DNA of 64,000 nucleotides from an uncultured Nitrospirales bacterium. Its GTDB lineage: Bacteria > Nitrospirota > Nitrospiria > Nitrospirales > NS-4. The notes under the pieces are model-generated. The model searched no databases and was not told the DNA's origin. It saw only the letters and a program-made list of their open reading frames with translations. The translations under genes were made by a program, and so were the position numbers. Below, piece after piece: positions 52,757 to 61,724 of this stretch. Within the stretch, counting starts at the first letter, position 1. Every line of letters starts with the position of its first letter. The stretch spans positions 9,025 through 73,024 of the forward strand of contig CAZITU010000002.1 of the NCBI GenBank assembly GCA_964542245.1, written 5' to 3'.

Positions 52757-53095
52757 ATGAGGCAGCTTCTGATTCCCGTCCTGGCAGGAGCGCTGGGATG
52801 GTTCCCCCTCTCAGGAAACATCCTCCAAGCCGCAGAGCCTGGCGCCGCAGCGCCTCAGGTCGAGATCAAAAAACATTCGACGGGAAAAGAGGCAACGGTC
52901 CGACACGGCGAGAAGGAATGGTTCATTCTCATTGACGTTGATCAGGATCGGACCATGATCATCCGGACCGAATCCAACAAGGGCAAAGAAACGAAGAATA
53001 CGCCAGAGATCATCGAGCGCCCGATGTCCAGCGCCGAGGTTGACCGGATCATCAACGATTTCATCAGCGGGATTAAGTCCACGATCAAACCCTGA
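52757..53095 (+). CDS. Small secreted protein of unknown function
   Basis: 112 aa. Signal-like MRQLLIPVLAGALGWFPLSGNILQA, then a Lys/Glu-rich mature part. No family recognised. Confidence 0.5.
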   Translation: MRQLLIPVLAGALGWFPLSGNILQAAEPGAAAPQVEIKKHSTGKEATVRHGEKEWFILIDVDQDRTMIIRTESNKGKETKNTPEIIERPMSSAEVDRIINDFISGIKSTIKP

Positions 53096-53112
53096 CCAGA
53101 CCGAGTCCACCC

Positions 53113-53529
53113 GTGAAGAAACCGAAGTTCGTCATCTTCGCCCACGGCGGCACCTACGACAAGTTGCATCAGGCTGCGACGATCGGCCTGACGGCCGCCG
53201 CCATGGGGAAGGACGTCTATGTCTTCTTGATGTTCTGGGCCATCAAGAAGCTGGCGATGGGTGAGCTGGACCGGATCGACTTCTCCCCGGCCTACGAGGC
53301 GCACGCGGATGAGGTGGCCCGCATGATGATCGAAAAGAAGGTGCCGAAGATCACCGAGATGTTTGCGGAGGCCAAGCAAGTCGGCAGTTTCAAACTGATC
53401 GCCTGCAGCGCCGGCCTGGAGTACATGAGCGTGAAGCATGAGGACCTGGCCTCGAAGGTGGACGATGTGTTGGGGCTTCCGCTCATCCTGAATCTGGCCG
53501 CCGACGCCGAGACCACCCTGTTCATCTAG
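53113..53529 (+). CDS. DsrE/DsrF/DrsH-like family protein
   Basis: 138 aa. KFVIFAHGGTYDKLHQAATIGLTAAAMGKDVYVFLMFWA...LIACSAGLEYM has the DsrE-like fold pattern with a conserved Cys. Confidence 0.6.
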   Translation: MKKPKFVIFAHGGTYDKLHQAATIGLTAAAMGKDVYVFLMFWAIKKLAMGELDRIDFSPAYEAHADEVARMMIEKKVPKITEMFAEAKQVGSFKLIACSAGLEYMSVKHEDLASKVDDVLGLPLILNLAADAETTLFI

Positions 53530-53532
53530 CCC

Positions 53533-54189
53533 TCACCGCGATTTCCCCACCCCGACCCGATCGCAGTAACCGGCAAGCTTGCACTGGGTGCAGAGCGGGG
53601 AAACCGGCTTGCACAGGTTCTGGCCGAACGGCACCAGCAGATCGTTGAAAATAATCCAATGCCGCTTGGGCAGTTTGCGTCGTAAGGCCTTCTCGCTCTC
53701 CGCGGGAGTTCGAGTCCGAATATAGCCCCACCGATTGCTGATCCGGTGAACGTGGACGTCGACGCAGATTCCGGGCTTGCGATACCCGAGTGTCACGACG
53801 AGGTTGGCGGTCTTGCGGCCCACGCCCTTAAGCGTCAGCAGTTCCTCAATTTCATCAGGGACACGACCGCCGTAACGCTCCAAAAGGTCTCGGCAGATGC
53901 CGTGGATGTGGCGCGCTTTCGTCCGATAGAAGCCGACGGGGTAGATCGCGCGCTCGATCTGCCGACGAGGCACGGCCAGCATCGCCCGCGGGGAGGTGGC
54001 GAGGCGGAAGAGGCGCTCTGACGCCTCGGCCGTCGTCTGGTCTTTGGTCCGGAGGCTTAGGACTGTGGAGAGCAAAATTTGGAACGGGTCGTTCGAGGCC
54101 TTCGCCACGACACCGACGATCGGCTCCTTCCAGCGGCGAATCTCCCGCTTGAGGATCCGGATGGCAGTGTCGATATCGCGATTTTTCAC
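53533..54189 (-). CDS. nth: Endonuclease III (DNA glycosylase/AP lyase)
   Basis: HhH-GPD motif LKGVGRKTANLV..VDVHVHR and the C-terminal 4Fe-4S loop CKPVSPLCTQCKLAGYC. Confidence 0.9.
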   Translation of the reverse strand: MKNRDIDTAIRILKREIRRWKEPIVGVVAKASNDPFQILLSTVLSLRTKDQTTAEASERLFRLATSPRAMLAVPRRQIERAIYPVGFYRTKARHIHGICRDLLERYGGRVPDEIEELLTLKGVGRKTANLVVTLGYRKPGICVDVHVHRISNRWGYIRTRTPAESEKALRRKLPKRHWIIFNDLLVPFGQNLCKPVSPLCTQCKLAGYCDRVGVGKSR

Positions 54190-54246
54190 TTTGACAGGCG
54201 GTGGACGAAAGGAGGGAGAAAAAGAGTCAGGCCGAGAGAGAGGCGC

Positions 54247-54441
54247 TTAGGCCATCCTGTGCTTGGCCAGCCACTTCTGACGCCGGCGTTGCGCTTCGCG
54301 TTCCTTGTTCTTCTTTTTTAAGCTGGGCTTCTCGTAAAACCGCCGCCGCTTGAGTTCCCGAAAGAGGCCCTCGCCGGCAAGCTTCTTCTTGGCGATCTTC
54401 AGAGCCTTCTCGACGTTGTTATTAAAGACTTTAATCTCCAT
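54247..54441 (-). CDS. rpsU: 30S ribosomal protein S21
   Basis: Start at the internal ATG at 54441 (MEIKVFNNNVEKALKIAKKKLAGEGLFRELKRRRFYEKPS). Confidence 0.9.
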   Translation of the reverse strand: MEIKVFNNNVEKALKIAKKKLAGEGLFRELKRRRFYEKPSLKKKNKEREAQRRRQKWLAKHRMA

Positions 54442-54599
54442 CCCGTCGCTCCAACTTCTGTTGCTCTCGCTAAAAGGCAAAACAATCTAGCACAGATCAG
54501 AAAGGAAGAGCAAGGGTTTGGGGCGTCGGTTTGTGACAGAAGAGGCGAGAAGACAGGTATACCCGGATGACCCAAACCTATTGGATCTCCAGGGAGTTA

Positions 54600-54941
54600 T
54601 CAGATACGGGCGTGGGCCAATGAGGCCACCGCACAGCCTTTGACGGAACAGGGAGTCTCCCCACCCATCGGCGCGGCGGGATGATCCGAGTTATCCGTGG
54701 GATGATACCGGTGATACCAGGCGCACTCCATGTCATACGCCTCAGAGACTTTCGAGGTGTACTCGAACCAGAAATACCGGTACTTCCCCTCGCTGGCCAT
54801 GCGCTGGAGTTCCTCGGCGAGGTTCCCATCGGCGCGGCCTACCCGATCGGCCATCCTCCCATTGCGTGACAAAATAAAGGCACCCGGTGATGCCTCAGTC
54901 ACGAAAAGGTGGATGTACTTCAAGTTATATGGCCCCGACAT
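54600..54941 (-). CDS. Small GIY-YIG-like domain protein, paralog A (downstream of nrdJ)
   Basis: GAFILSRNGRMADRVGRADGNLAEELQRM..YRYFWFEY..AYDMECAWYHRYHP resembles the GIY...YIG...R...E layout and aligns with the ORF at 57434-57748. Start at the ATG at 54941, with GGAGG 5 nt upstream. Confidence 0.45.
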   Translation of the reverse strand: MSGPYNLKYIHLFVTEASPGAFILSRNGRMADRVGRADGNLAEELQRMASEGKYRYFWFEYTSKVSEAYDMECAWYHRYHPTDNSDHPAAPMGGETPCSVKGCAVASLAHARI

Positions 54942-54989
54942 ACGCACCTCCATACCAAGTTTGCTCGACCCGGCGCTTCGGTTATTACC

Positions 54990-57341
54990 CTACCAGCAAC
55001 GCGAATAGCCGCAGCTACATTTCTCGCAGTTCTCCGTATGCATCAATGGTCCCCCGCAGTCAGGGCACGGCAGGCCCTCCGGGCGCGTGGCCAAGACCCC
55101 TACGGTGGACTCTTGCTGCTGCCCCGGCGGGTGATAGCTGGCCAGGGCCTTGGCGATAGCGTCCCAGAGGGAGAGGACCCGATTTGCCCCTACACCATAG
55201 GGATTGCCGTCCTGAATACCGATCAACTGCCTGGTAATCTCGTGGAGCGGGATGCGGTAGCGGAGAGCAAGACTGATGAGGCGGCAGACGCATTCAAGGT
55301 CGGCCTGAATCATCCCGCCAGCCTTGGCCACGGTGGCGAACGTCTCGAACGGCTCCCCGTTCAAGGAATTGATGGTGAGGTACATCTTGCCGTAGCTCGT
55401 ATTGATGGCGATCGTCTCGCCGATCACCCGAACCGGCCGTTCCAACTTGATCGGTTGCGGTCTCGGGGCAAAGACCTCCGCGTGCGAGGGGCCCGCTTCC
55501 GCCTTCACCGGGTGCTTGTCGCTAGCCGGCGAAGGCGCACCGGTCACGGCCGTCGCCTTTTCTTTTTCTTTCGTTGAGACGCCGACGTTCAGAACCTGTT
55601 CTTCGCGGCTCCCATCGCGATAGACCGTAATGCCTTTGCACCCAAGTTCATGGGCCATCAGGTAGGCCTTCATGACATCGTCCACGGTAGCCTGAGCCGG
55701 CATATTGATGGTCTTGGACACGCCGCTATCGGTGTATTTCTGGAAGGCTGCTTGCATCCGGACATGCCACTCCGGCGATACATCGTGGGATGTGGCAAAG
55801 ATCTTCTGCCACCGCTCGGGGACTTCCGAGATGCCCCGGGCCGAGCCGTGATTGGCAAGAATCTTATCCAGCAGCCCGTCCTGCCAGAACCTTTCCTGCT
55901 TGGCGGTCTCAATGAAGTGGTCGAGGACATAGGGCAGATGCTCCCCATCCATCACATTTTTATACCAGATGAGGCTGAATTCCGGCTCGCAGCCTCCCGA
56001 GGTATCCGCGATCATGCTGATCGTGCCGGTCGGGGCCACAGTGGTCACATAGGAGTTGCGCACTCGCTGGCCGCGTGCCTCGTGGAGGGAGCCTTTCCAG
56101 GAGGGGTACACGCCCCGCTTCTCGGCCATGCGCATGGACTCGTCGTAGCCGACCTCGGAAATGAACTTCATGACCCGGGCACCCATCTCCACGCCCATCT
56201 CCGAGTCATACTGGATGCCCAGTTTGAAGAGCATGCGGGCGAAGCCCATCACGCCGAGGCCGATCTTTCGGTTGTCCTTGGTGCACTTCTCGATCTGTGG
56301 AATCGGGTACTTGTTCATATCAATGACATTGTCGAGGAAATGCACGGAGGTCCGGATGGACCGATCCATATGCGCCCAATCGATCTCGTACCGTCCGTCC
56401 TCGGTGCAGCTCATATGGGTTTCGACGTTGATGCTCCCGAGATTGCACGACTCGTACGGGAGCAGGGGCTGCTCGCCGCAAGGATTGGTGGCTTCGATCT
56501 TCGCGTAGTGAGGCGTGGGGTTCGTCCGGTTGGCCTGGTCAATGAAGAAGAGTCCCGGCTCGCCGTTGCGCCAGGCCGACTGCGCAATTTTGTTCAGGAC
56601 TTCGCGGGCGTTGAGCTGTTTGACTACCTTGTTCGTACGGGGACTGACGAGATCATACTTCTCCCCCTTGAGCGCGACCTCCATGAAGACGTCCGTGACC
56701 GCAACACTGATGTTGAAGTTCGTCACTTCCTTCGTGTCGGTCTTGCAGGTGATGAACTCCAGAATGTCCGGGTGATCCACCCGCAAGATCCCCATGTTGG
56801 CGCCTCGCCTGGTGCCACCCTGTTTGATGTGTTCAGTAGATTGGTTATACACCTTCATGAAGGACACGGGGCCGGAGGCCACCCCGCCGGTGCTTCGCAC
56901 CGTATCGTCCTTCGGGCGCAGACGGGAGAACGAGAAGCCTGTCCCGCCGCCGGTCTGGTGGATGAGCGCTTGGTGTTTCAGCGTGTCATAGATGCCCCCG
57001 ATCGAATCTTCGACCGGCAGAACGAAGCACGCAGCAAGCTGCTGCAAGGGCCGACCGGCATTCATGAGAGTCGGCGAGTTGGGCAAGAAATCCAGACGCG
57101 TCATCAAGTCGTAAAATTCCTGCTGGGTCGCCTGTACCGCTTGCGGCGTGGCCCCGTACAGCGCGTCGGCCTCGGCTAGGTTCTTCGCCACACGGCGGAA
57201 CATGCCCTCAGGCGTTTCGATCACTTTTCCGTTTTCATCCTTTGCCAGGTATCGTTTCTGCAGAACGCGCAACGTGTTCTGAGAAAGCCGCAGAGGCCTC
57301 TCCCCTTTCACTGCAGAATCAGTCACAGATGCAGCTTTCAT
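54990..57341 (-). CDS. nrdJ: Adenosylcobalamin-dependent (class II) ribonucleotide reductase
   Basis: 783 aa. Contains LPNSPTLMNAG, ACFVLPVEDS, GGGTGFSFSRLRP, GTRRGANMG, NPCGEQPLLPYESCNLGS, and the C-terminal zinc ribbon CPDCGGPL..CEKCSCG. Confidence 0.95.
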   Translation of the reverse strand: MKAASVTDSAVKGERPLRLSQNTLRVLQKRYLAKDENGKVIETPEGMFRRVAKNLAEADALYGATPQAVQATQQEFYDLMTRLDFLPNSPTLMNAGRPLQQLAACFVLPVEDSIGGIYDTLKHQALIHQTGGGTGFSFSRLRPKDDTVRSTGGVASGPVSFMKVYNQSTEHIKQGGTRRGANMGILRVDHPDILEFITCKTDTKEVTNFNISVAVTDVFMEVALKGEKYDLVSPRTNKVVKQLNAREVLNKIAQSAWRNGEPGLFFIDQANRTNPTPHYAKIEATNPCGEQPLLPYESCNLGSINVETHMSCTEDGRYEIDWAHMDRSIRTSVHFLDNVIDMNKYPIPQIEKCTKDNRKIGLGVMGFARMLFKLGIQYDSEMGVEMGARVMKFISEVGYDESMRMAEKRGVYPSWKGSLHEARGQRVRNSYVTTVAPTGTISMIADTSGGCEPEFSLIWYKNVMDGEHLPYVLDHFIETAKQERFWQDGLLDKILANHGSARGISEVPERWQKIFATSHDVSPEWHVRMQAAFQKYTDSGVSKTINMPAQATVDDVMKAYLMAHELGCKGITVYRDGSREEQVLNVGVSTKEKEKATAVTGAPSPASDKHPVKAEAGPSHAEVFAPRPQPIKLERPVRVIGETIAINTSYGKMYLTINSLNGEPFETFATVAKAGGMIQADLECVCRLISLALRYRIPLHEITRQLIGIQDGNPYGVGANRVLSLWDAIAKALASYHPPGQQQESTVGVLATRPEGLPCPDCGGPLMHTENCEKCSCGYSRCW

Positions 57342-57433
57342 TCCGGTCCACCCCCCTTATTCAAGATGCCTGACCTTACAGTAAGAACAATGAAAACGAA
57401 CGGCAGGGCCATACGCATTCCGTCGCGCACAAG

Positions 57434-57748
57434 TCAGCCGAGGATCGCCGTCGCACCATGGCCTCGCCGATGCCCGAAAGGAGGCTTATAGCGAGCGACC
57501 CAATGCCGCTGTTTCTTCCGAGCGCTGCCGTGACCGTCGGTCTGATACCACTCAAAGTACCGCACGCCCGGGACATCGTTTTCCCGAAGATGCCCCATCA
57601 ACCGTTCACGCAGGCCACACGAGTCGACACTACCAATAAATAAAATATTCTGATTCTGATCCCGCAAGACGTAGACACCCTGGACCTGCGGGACGACAAT
57701 AAGATTATTGCGGTTCCATCCTTTCGGCTGCTCCACCCTCGTAATCAT
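57434..57748 (-). CDS. Small GIY-YIG-like domain protein, paralog B (upstream of nrdJ)
   Basis: GVYVLRDQNQNILFIGSVDSCGLRERLMGHL..VRYFEWYQ..RHWVARYKP. Start set at the ATG at 57748 (AAGAGGT upstream). The ORF-track ATG at 57850 falls between the -35 and -10 elements of the candidate promoter. Confidence 0.5.
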   Translation of the reverse strand: MITRVEQPKGWNRNNLIVVPQVQGVYVLRDQNQNILFIGSVDSCGLRERLMGHLRENDVPGVRYFEWYQTDGHGSARKKQRHWVARYKPPFGHRRGHGATAILG

Positions 57749-57840
57749 TTTGCTAGTACCTCTTACTCGTACCTTGCCTTCTAGATATTGCGGGAGCCTG
57801 AAACCATCATCACAGTATCTTGATTCGTAAAACGGGCCGA

Positions 57841-57869
57841 CTACTACCATAACGACTCGCGTCTGTCAA
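57841..57869 (-). promoter_or_regulatory. Candidate sigma70-type promoter of the GIY-YIG-like/nrdJ unit
   Basis: On the minus strand: TTGACA (57869-57864), 17-nt spacer, TAGTAG (57846-57841). The -10 is weak. It lies immediately downstream of NrdR-like box B. Confidence 0.3.
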
Positions 57870-57876
57870 GGAAAAA

Positions 57877-57923
57877 ATACCATATCTAGACATTCTTATA
57901 ATTGATAGGGGCATATATTGTGG
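57877..57923 (-). promoter_or_regulatory. Two NrdR-box-like operators spaced 31 bp apart
   Basis: On the minus strand: box A CCACAATATATGCCCC (57923-57908) and box B TGTCTAGATATGGTAT (57892-57877). Each matches about 10 of 16 positions of the acaCwAtATaTwgtgt consensus. The start-to-start distance is 31 bp. Confidence 0.4.
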
Positions 57924-58068
57924 AAATGTCTGGGTCTAGAGCAAGGACAGACAGTGCGATAGATGGGGATGGGTTGTGTACAACCTAGATTAAGACTGGC
58001 GTACGCTACAAAACCTATTGTTTTTTAAAGCAAAGAGCGTCACGAAGAGCGCATATAAGGAAGGCAGG

Positions 58069-58317
58069 CTACTTGGTTTTCTTAACGTAGGCCTTGTAGT
58101 GGATAAAGCCGTCGCTTCGCTCCTCTTCGAGCCCTAGGAAATCATGGCCCGTGGTTTCACACCAGGCCGGCATGTCCTCCTTAATCCCTTCATCATCGGA
58201 AACCACTTCGAGGACTTGGCCGATCGCCAGTTCCTTTATCTTCTTCGATGTCTTGATAATGGGCATCGGGCAAAACAACCCTAACGTATCGAGCTGCACA
58301 TCACACTGAATGGCCAT
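58069..58317 (-). CDS. TusA/SirA-family sulfur carrier protein
   Basis: LDTLGLFCPMPIIKTSKKIKEL carries the CPxP active-site motif. 82 aa. Confidence 0.85.
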   Translation of the reverse strand: MAIQCDVQLDTLGLFCPMPIIKTSKKIKELAIGQVLEVVSDDEGIKEDMPAWCETTGHDFLGLEEERSDGFIHYKAYVKKTK

Positions 58318-58336
58318 ACAGTTTCCCTAGTGGAAA

Positions 58337-58867
58337 TTAGATGAAGAGGTTGACCTGGGCGTCTTTCGCCTCAGCAAGGTAGGTCGAAACTCCGGCAAAT
58401 TGATCGATCCCATCCATCAACGTGTCCTTCGTGATGCCCAGCAGGCCGAGGGTGGTCGTACAGGCAATGAACCGGACCCCCAGGTCCTTGGCCATCTCCA
58501 TGAGCTCGGGGACGCTGGGCATACGGTTCTGCTTCATCACCAGCTTCATCATGCGGGTCCCGAGACCCCAGAAGTGAAAACGTGACAAGGGTAACCTGTC
58601 GGCTCCTCCTTTATTTAGCAAGCCGAACATCCGCCGTATCCAATCCTTAGCAGTGCCACGAACACCCTGGCGCCTGATAGCGTTCAGCCCCCAGAACGTA
58701 AAAAACATGGTGACCTGCATGCCCATTGACGCCGCGCCCGTCGCGATGATAAAGGCCGCCATGACGCGGTCCATGTCGCCGCTCAGGACCACCAAAGTTA
58801 CCCGTTCCGGTTTGCTCTCTTGTAACTCCGCGAGAGCCACTTGTGGGTCGAGTTTTACTGTGCTCAT
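58337..58867 (-). CDS. DsrE/DsrF/DrsH-like family protein
   Basis: Start at the ATG at 58867 (GGGGGTGA upstream). Contains VTLVVLSGDMDRVMAAFIIATGAASMGMQVTMFFTFWGL...FIACTTTL. Co-oriented with the tusA-like gene 19 nt downstream. Confidence 0.72.
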   Translation of the reverse strand: MSTVKLDPQVALAELQESKPERVTLVVLSGDMDRVMAAFIIATGAASMGMQVTMFFTFWGLNAIRRQGVRGTAKDWIRRMFGLLNKGGADRLPLSRFHFWGLGTRMMKLVMKQNRMPSVPELMEMAKDLGVRFIACTTTLGLLGITKDTLMDGIDQFAGVSTYLAEAKDAQVNLFI

Positions 58868-59065
58868 GCCATCACCCCCAATGAAAGTCATCGGGGAGGT
58901 CGGGGTCCCCAAGGACCCAGAAACCTCCCCGATTCCCCTCTAGCATCGCAAGAACACTTTAATACGCACTACTCTGGCTTGTCAAGAATGGAGCCGACAA
59001 CATTTTCAGCCCATAAGTGCATTCAACGCATTGATAACATTATAAATATAGACTCTACGCATCTT

Positions 59066-60844
59066 CTAGTCGTCCACGTACCTATCTTCATATCTGTCCT
59101 CGATCCCTTCTGTGACAACGTCTTTTAGTTCCGGTTGGCCACGCCGAAGCAGCGCATAGCCTTCCTTGCGTATACGTTCGGCCTTTTCGGCAACCAGCCG
59201 AGGTGGCATCCGATAGTGCAGCAGCACAAGACTGAAGATCTCGATCGAGGTCTCGAACTCTTCCGGCACCACTTGATTCGCCCCCAAGGCCAGCAGGTCG
59301 TCGATTTCTCTCAAATAGCGAGTTCGGGCGACAATATGAAGGGACTGATTGAGTTGCCGGGCCACCTGGATCGCCCGCCGTGTGGCAAACGGGTCCGAGA
59401 TGGCCAATACCAGGGCTCGCGCATCCTGAATTCCAAGCCGACGGAGGACTTGCGGATGCGTGATGTCCCCGAAGTAGATCGGGACGCCCTTCCGTTGTTC
59501 ATGCCGGACGACCTCTCCATCCATCTCAACCACCACGAAATGGATCTCGGTTTCCCGAAGGACCTTGGCCAGATTCCGTCCGTTGACGCCGTAGCCGGCG
59601 ATGATGGCGTGGTCCCGGATATGGAGGTGCGGCGTTTCTGAGCCATCAGCAGGGCGCGCCGGCCACCAGTGACGGAGCCGTTGGATGGCCTCGGCCCGGC
59701 GGGCCAGGCGCGGCGAAGCCTGGATCAGAAACGGAGCGAGCAACATGGTCAGCACCGACACAGCCAGGAAGACCTGAAACGACTCCGGGGAGAGCAGACC
59801 GGCTTCCTTACCTGCCTTGGATAAGATGAAGGAGAATTCGCCCACTTGGGCCAAGGCGATCCCCATCAGCACCGCCGAGCGCCACGAGTAGCCCACGGCA
59901 ACCGCTGATCCTGCAGCCGTGGCGATCTTGCCCGCCACGATGGCGAGTACCAAGCCTGCCACGAGCAATGGATGGGCAAGCAAGACCCGAAGATCCAACA
60001 GCATGCCGATCGAGATGAAAAACAGACTGTTAAAGCTGTCCCGGAAAGGCAGGACCTCGGCCAAGGCCTGGTGGCTGTATTCCGATTCGGAGATGATGAG
60101 GCCGGCAAGGAACGCCCCGATGGCGAGCGACAGGCCTGCAAGCGAGCAGAGCCAGGCGATGCCCAGGCAGATCAGGATGATGGTGATCACGAAGAGTTCC
60201 CTGCTGCGGCTCCGGACTACCGCGATCAGCAGGTGAGGAACGAGGAATCGCGCGGCGATCAGAATCAAGGTCACGAACAGAACCGCCTTGGCCAGCGGCC
60301 ACAAGACCGCAAGCATTCCCACATCCTCCTCACGTCCCAGAACCGGCGTGAGGACCATCATCGGCACGACCGCGAGGTCCTGGAAGATCAGAATTCCGAT
60401 TGTGAGGCGGCCGTGGGGGGAATTGGTCTCGCCGCGATCCGCCACCGTTTTGAGAACGATCGCGGTGCTGCTCATGGCAGTAAGAAAGCCCCAGAACACC
60501 CCTTGGTTAAAAGGCAGGCCGAAAGCCAGGCCCACCAGGATCGCCGCAAGGATCGCCGATCCGATCTGGATCGCTCCCCCACCCACGACCGCACGAATGG
60601 ACGGGATGTGCGCCAGCGAAAACTCGACGCCGATCGTGAACAGAAGCAACACGACACCGACCTCGGCGAAGACCTCTACCCGGGAGACGCCCTGCACGAA
60701 GTCGAGACCGTAGGGACCCAATGCGGCTCCCGCCACCAGAAAGCCGACGACGGCCGGCAGACGGAGCCGGTCGAAGCAATAGACGACCACGATCGAAACG
60801 CCGAATAGAATGACCAGATCGCGTAGGAAGTCCAACTCGGCCAT
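59066..60844 (-). CDS. Monovalent cation:proton antiporter-2 (CPA2, Kef-type) with C-terminal RCK/TrkA-N domain
   Basis: About 12 TM helices, then a Rossmann-type HAIIAGYGVNGRNLAKVL domain. 592 aa. Confidence 0.88.
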   Translation of the reverse strand: MAELDFLRDLVILFGVSIVVVYCFDRLRLPAVVGFLVAGAALGPYGLDFVQGVSRVEVFAEVGVVLLLFTIGVEFSLAHIPSIRAVVGGGAIQIGSAILAAILVGLAFGLPFNQGVFWGFLTAMSSTAIVLKTVADRGETNSPHGRLTIGILIFQDLAVVPMMVLTPVLGREEDVGMLAVLWPLAKAVLFVTLILIAARFLVPHLLIAVVRSRSRELFVITIILICLGIAWLCSLAGLSLAIGAFLAGLIISESEYSHQALAEVLPFRDSFNSLFFISIGMLLDLRVLLAHPLLVAGLVLAIVAGKIATAAGSAVAVGYSWRSAVLMGIALAQVGEFSFILSKAGKEAGLLSPESFQVFLAVSVLTMLLAPFLIQASPRLARRAEAIQRLRHWWPARPADGSETPHLHIRDHAIIAGYGVNGRNLAKVLRETEIHFVVVEMDGEVVRHEQRKGVPIYFGDITHPQVLRRLGIQDARALVLAISDPFATRRAIQVARQLNQSLHIVARTRYLREIDDLLALGANQVVPEEFETSIEIFSLVLLHYRMPPRLVAEKAERIRKEGYALLRRGQPELKDVVTEGIEDRYEDRYVDD

Positions 60845-60974
60845 AAGGAAAGCTCCTGCTAAAGATGGTGTCGTCTTACATACACGGACGGCTCCGAACG
60901 AGCAAGCCCATTTCTGAGCGGATGCGGTCTAGAGTGACTTAGCGGAAGGGAACTGGTGACGATTGAGCACTTGA

Positions 60975-61724
60975 TTATTGAGCGGTAAACCCACCGTCTA
61001 TCGTAAAAATACTCCCCGTGACCCAGGAGGACTCATCCGACGCGAGATAGAGCAACATCCGGGCGACTTCTTCGGGGGTCCCGAACCGCCCGATCGGGTG
61101 CGCGGCGGTCATCGCGGCGTTCATTACGGGGTCCGCAATCGCGTCGGCCGACATGGGGGTGTCCACCAAGGCCGGACAGACACAGTTGCACCGGATCTTC
61201 TCCTTCGCATAGTCGATCGCCAAGCACCGCGTCAGGGCTTGCATCGCTCCTTTCGTGCTGCTGTACGCGGCGCTTCGAGGAATCCCCACTAGTCCCGCCA
61301 CCGATGAGACATTTACGATCGAACCGCCCCGACCAAGCATGTGGGGGATGGCTGCCCGCGTAAACCGGAACACACCGGTCAGGTTGGTCGCCAGAATCTC
61401 ATCCCAGGCCTGATCCGTCATCTCGTGTATGAGCGGGCCGAACTCGCCGGTCGCCGCGTTGTTCACGAGAATGTCGAGCTTGCCGAACGCCCTCACCGCC
61501 TGCTCCACGGCGGAAAGCACATGGGCTTCGTCTGTGACCGACCCGGGGACTGTCAGGGCCTTGCCGCCGTTTGCCAGGATCACTTTGGCCACGCCCTCCA
61601 AGAGCTCTTTACGCCGACCCGTGATGACCACATGGGCTCCCTCATCGGCGAACAGTTTGGCCGTTGCTGCTCCGATACCCGTCCCGCCGCCGGTGATCAG
61701 CGCCACTTTACCATTCAGTTTCAC
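60975..61724 (-). CDS. Short-chain dehydrogenase/reductase (SDR)
   Basis: TGGGTGIG cofactor motif, NNAA, and the catalytic YSSTK. ATGA overlap with trmI. Confidence 0.88.
   Translation of the reverse strand: MKLNGKVALITGGGTGIGAATAKLFADEGAHVVITGRRKELLEGVAKVILANGGKALTVPGSVTDEAHVLSAVEQAVRAFGKLDILVNNAATGEFGPLIHEMTDQAWDEILATNLTGVFRFTRAAIPHMLGRGGSIVNVSSVAGLVGIPRSAAYSSTKGAMQALTRCLAIDYAKEKIRCNCVCPALVDTPMSADAIADPVMNAAMTAAHPIGRFGTPEEVARMLLYLASDESSWVTGSIFTIDGGFTAQ

Noticed and set aside
55650-57179. 509-aa ORF on the plus strand opposite nrdJ
   Set aside because: It is antisense to a strongly supported class II RNR. It shows stop-codon depletion typical of a high-GC antisense frame and has no motifs.
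57342-57433. Possible cobalamin riboswitch or leader between the GIY-YIG-like ORF and nrdJ
   Set aside because: The gap is only 92 nt, which is too short for a B12 element. No conserved B12-box-like sequence was seen. Class II RNR uses B12 as a cofactor and is not typically B12-riboswitch regulated.
59972-60808. 278-aa ORF on the plus strand opposite the CPA2 antiporter
   Set aside because: The translation is highly charged (Asp/Arg/His/Gln) and antisense to a gene with a clear multi-TM profile, so it is a shadow ORF.
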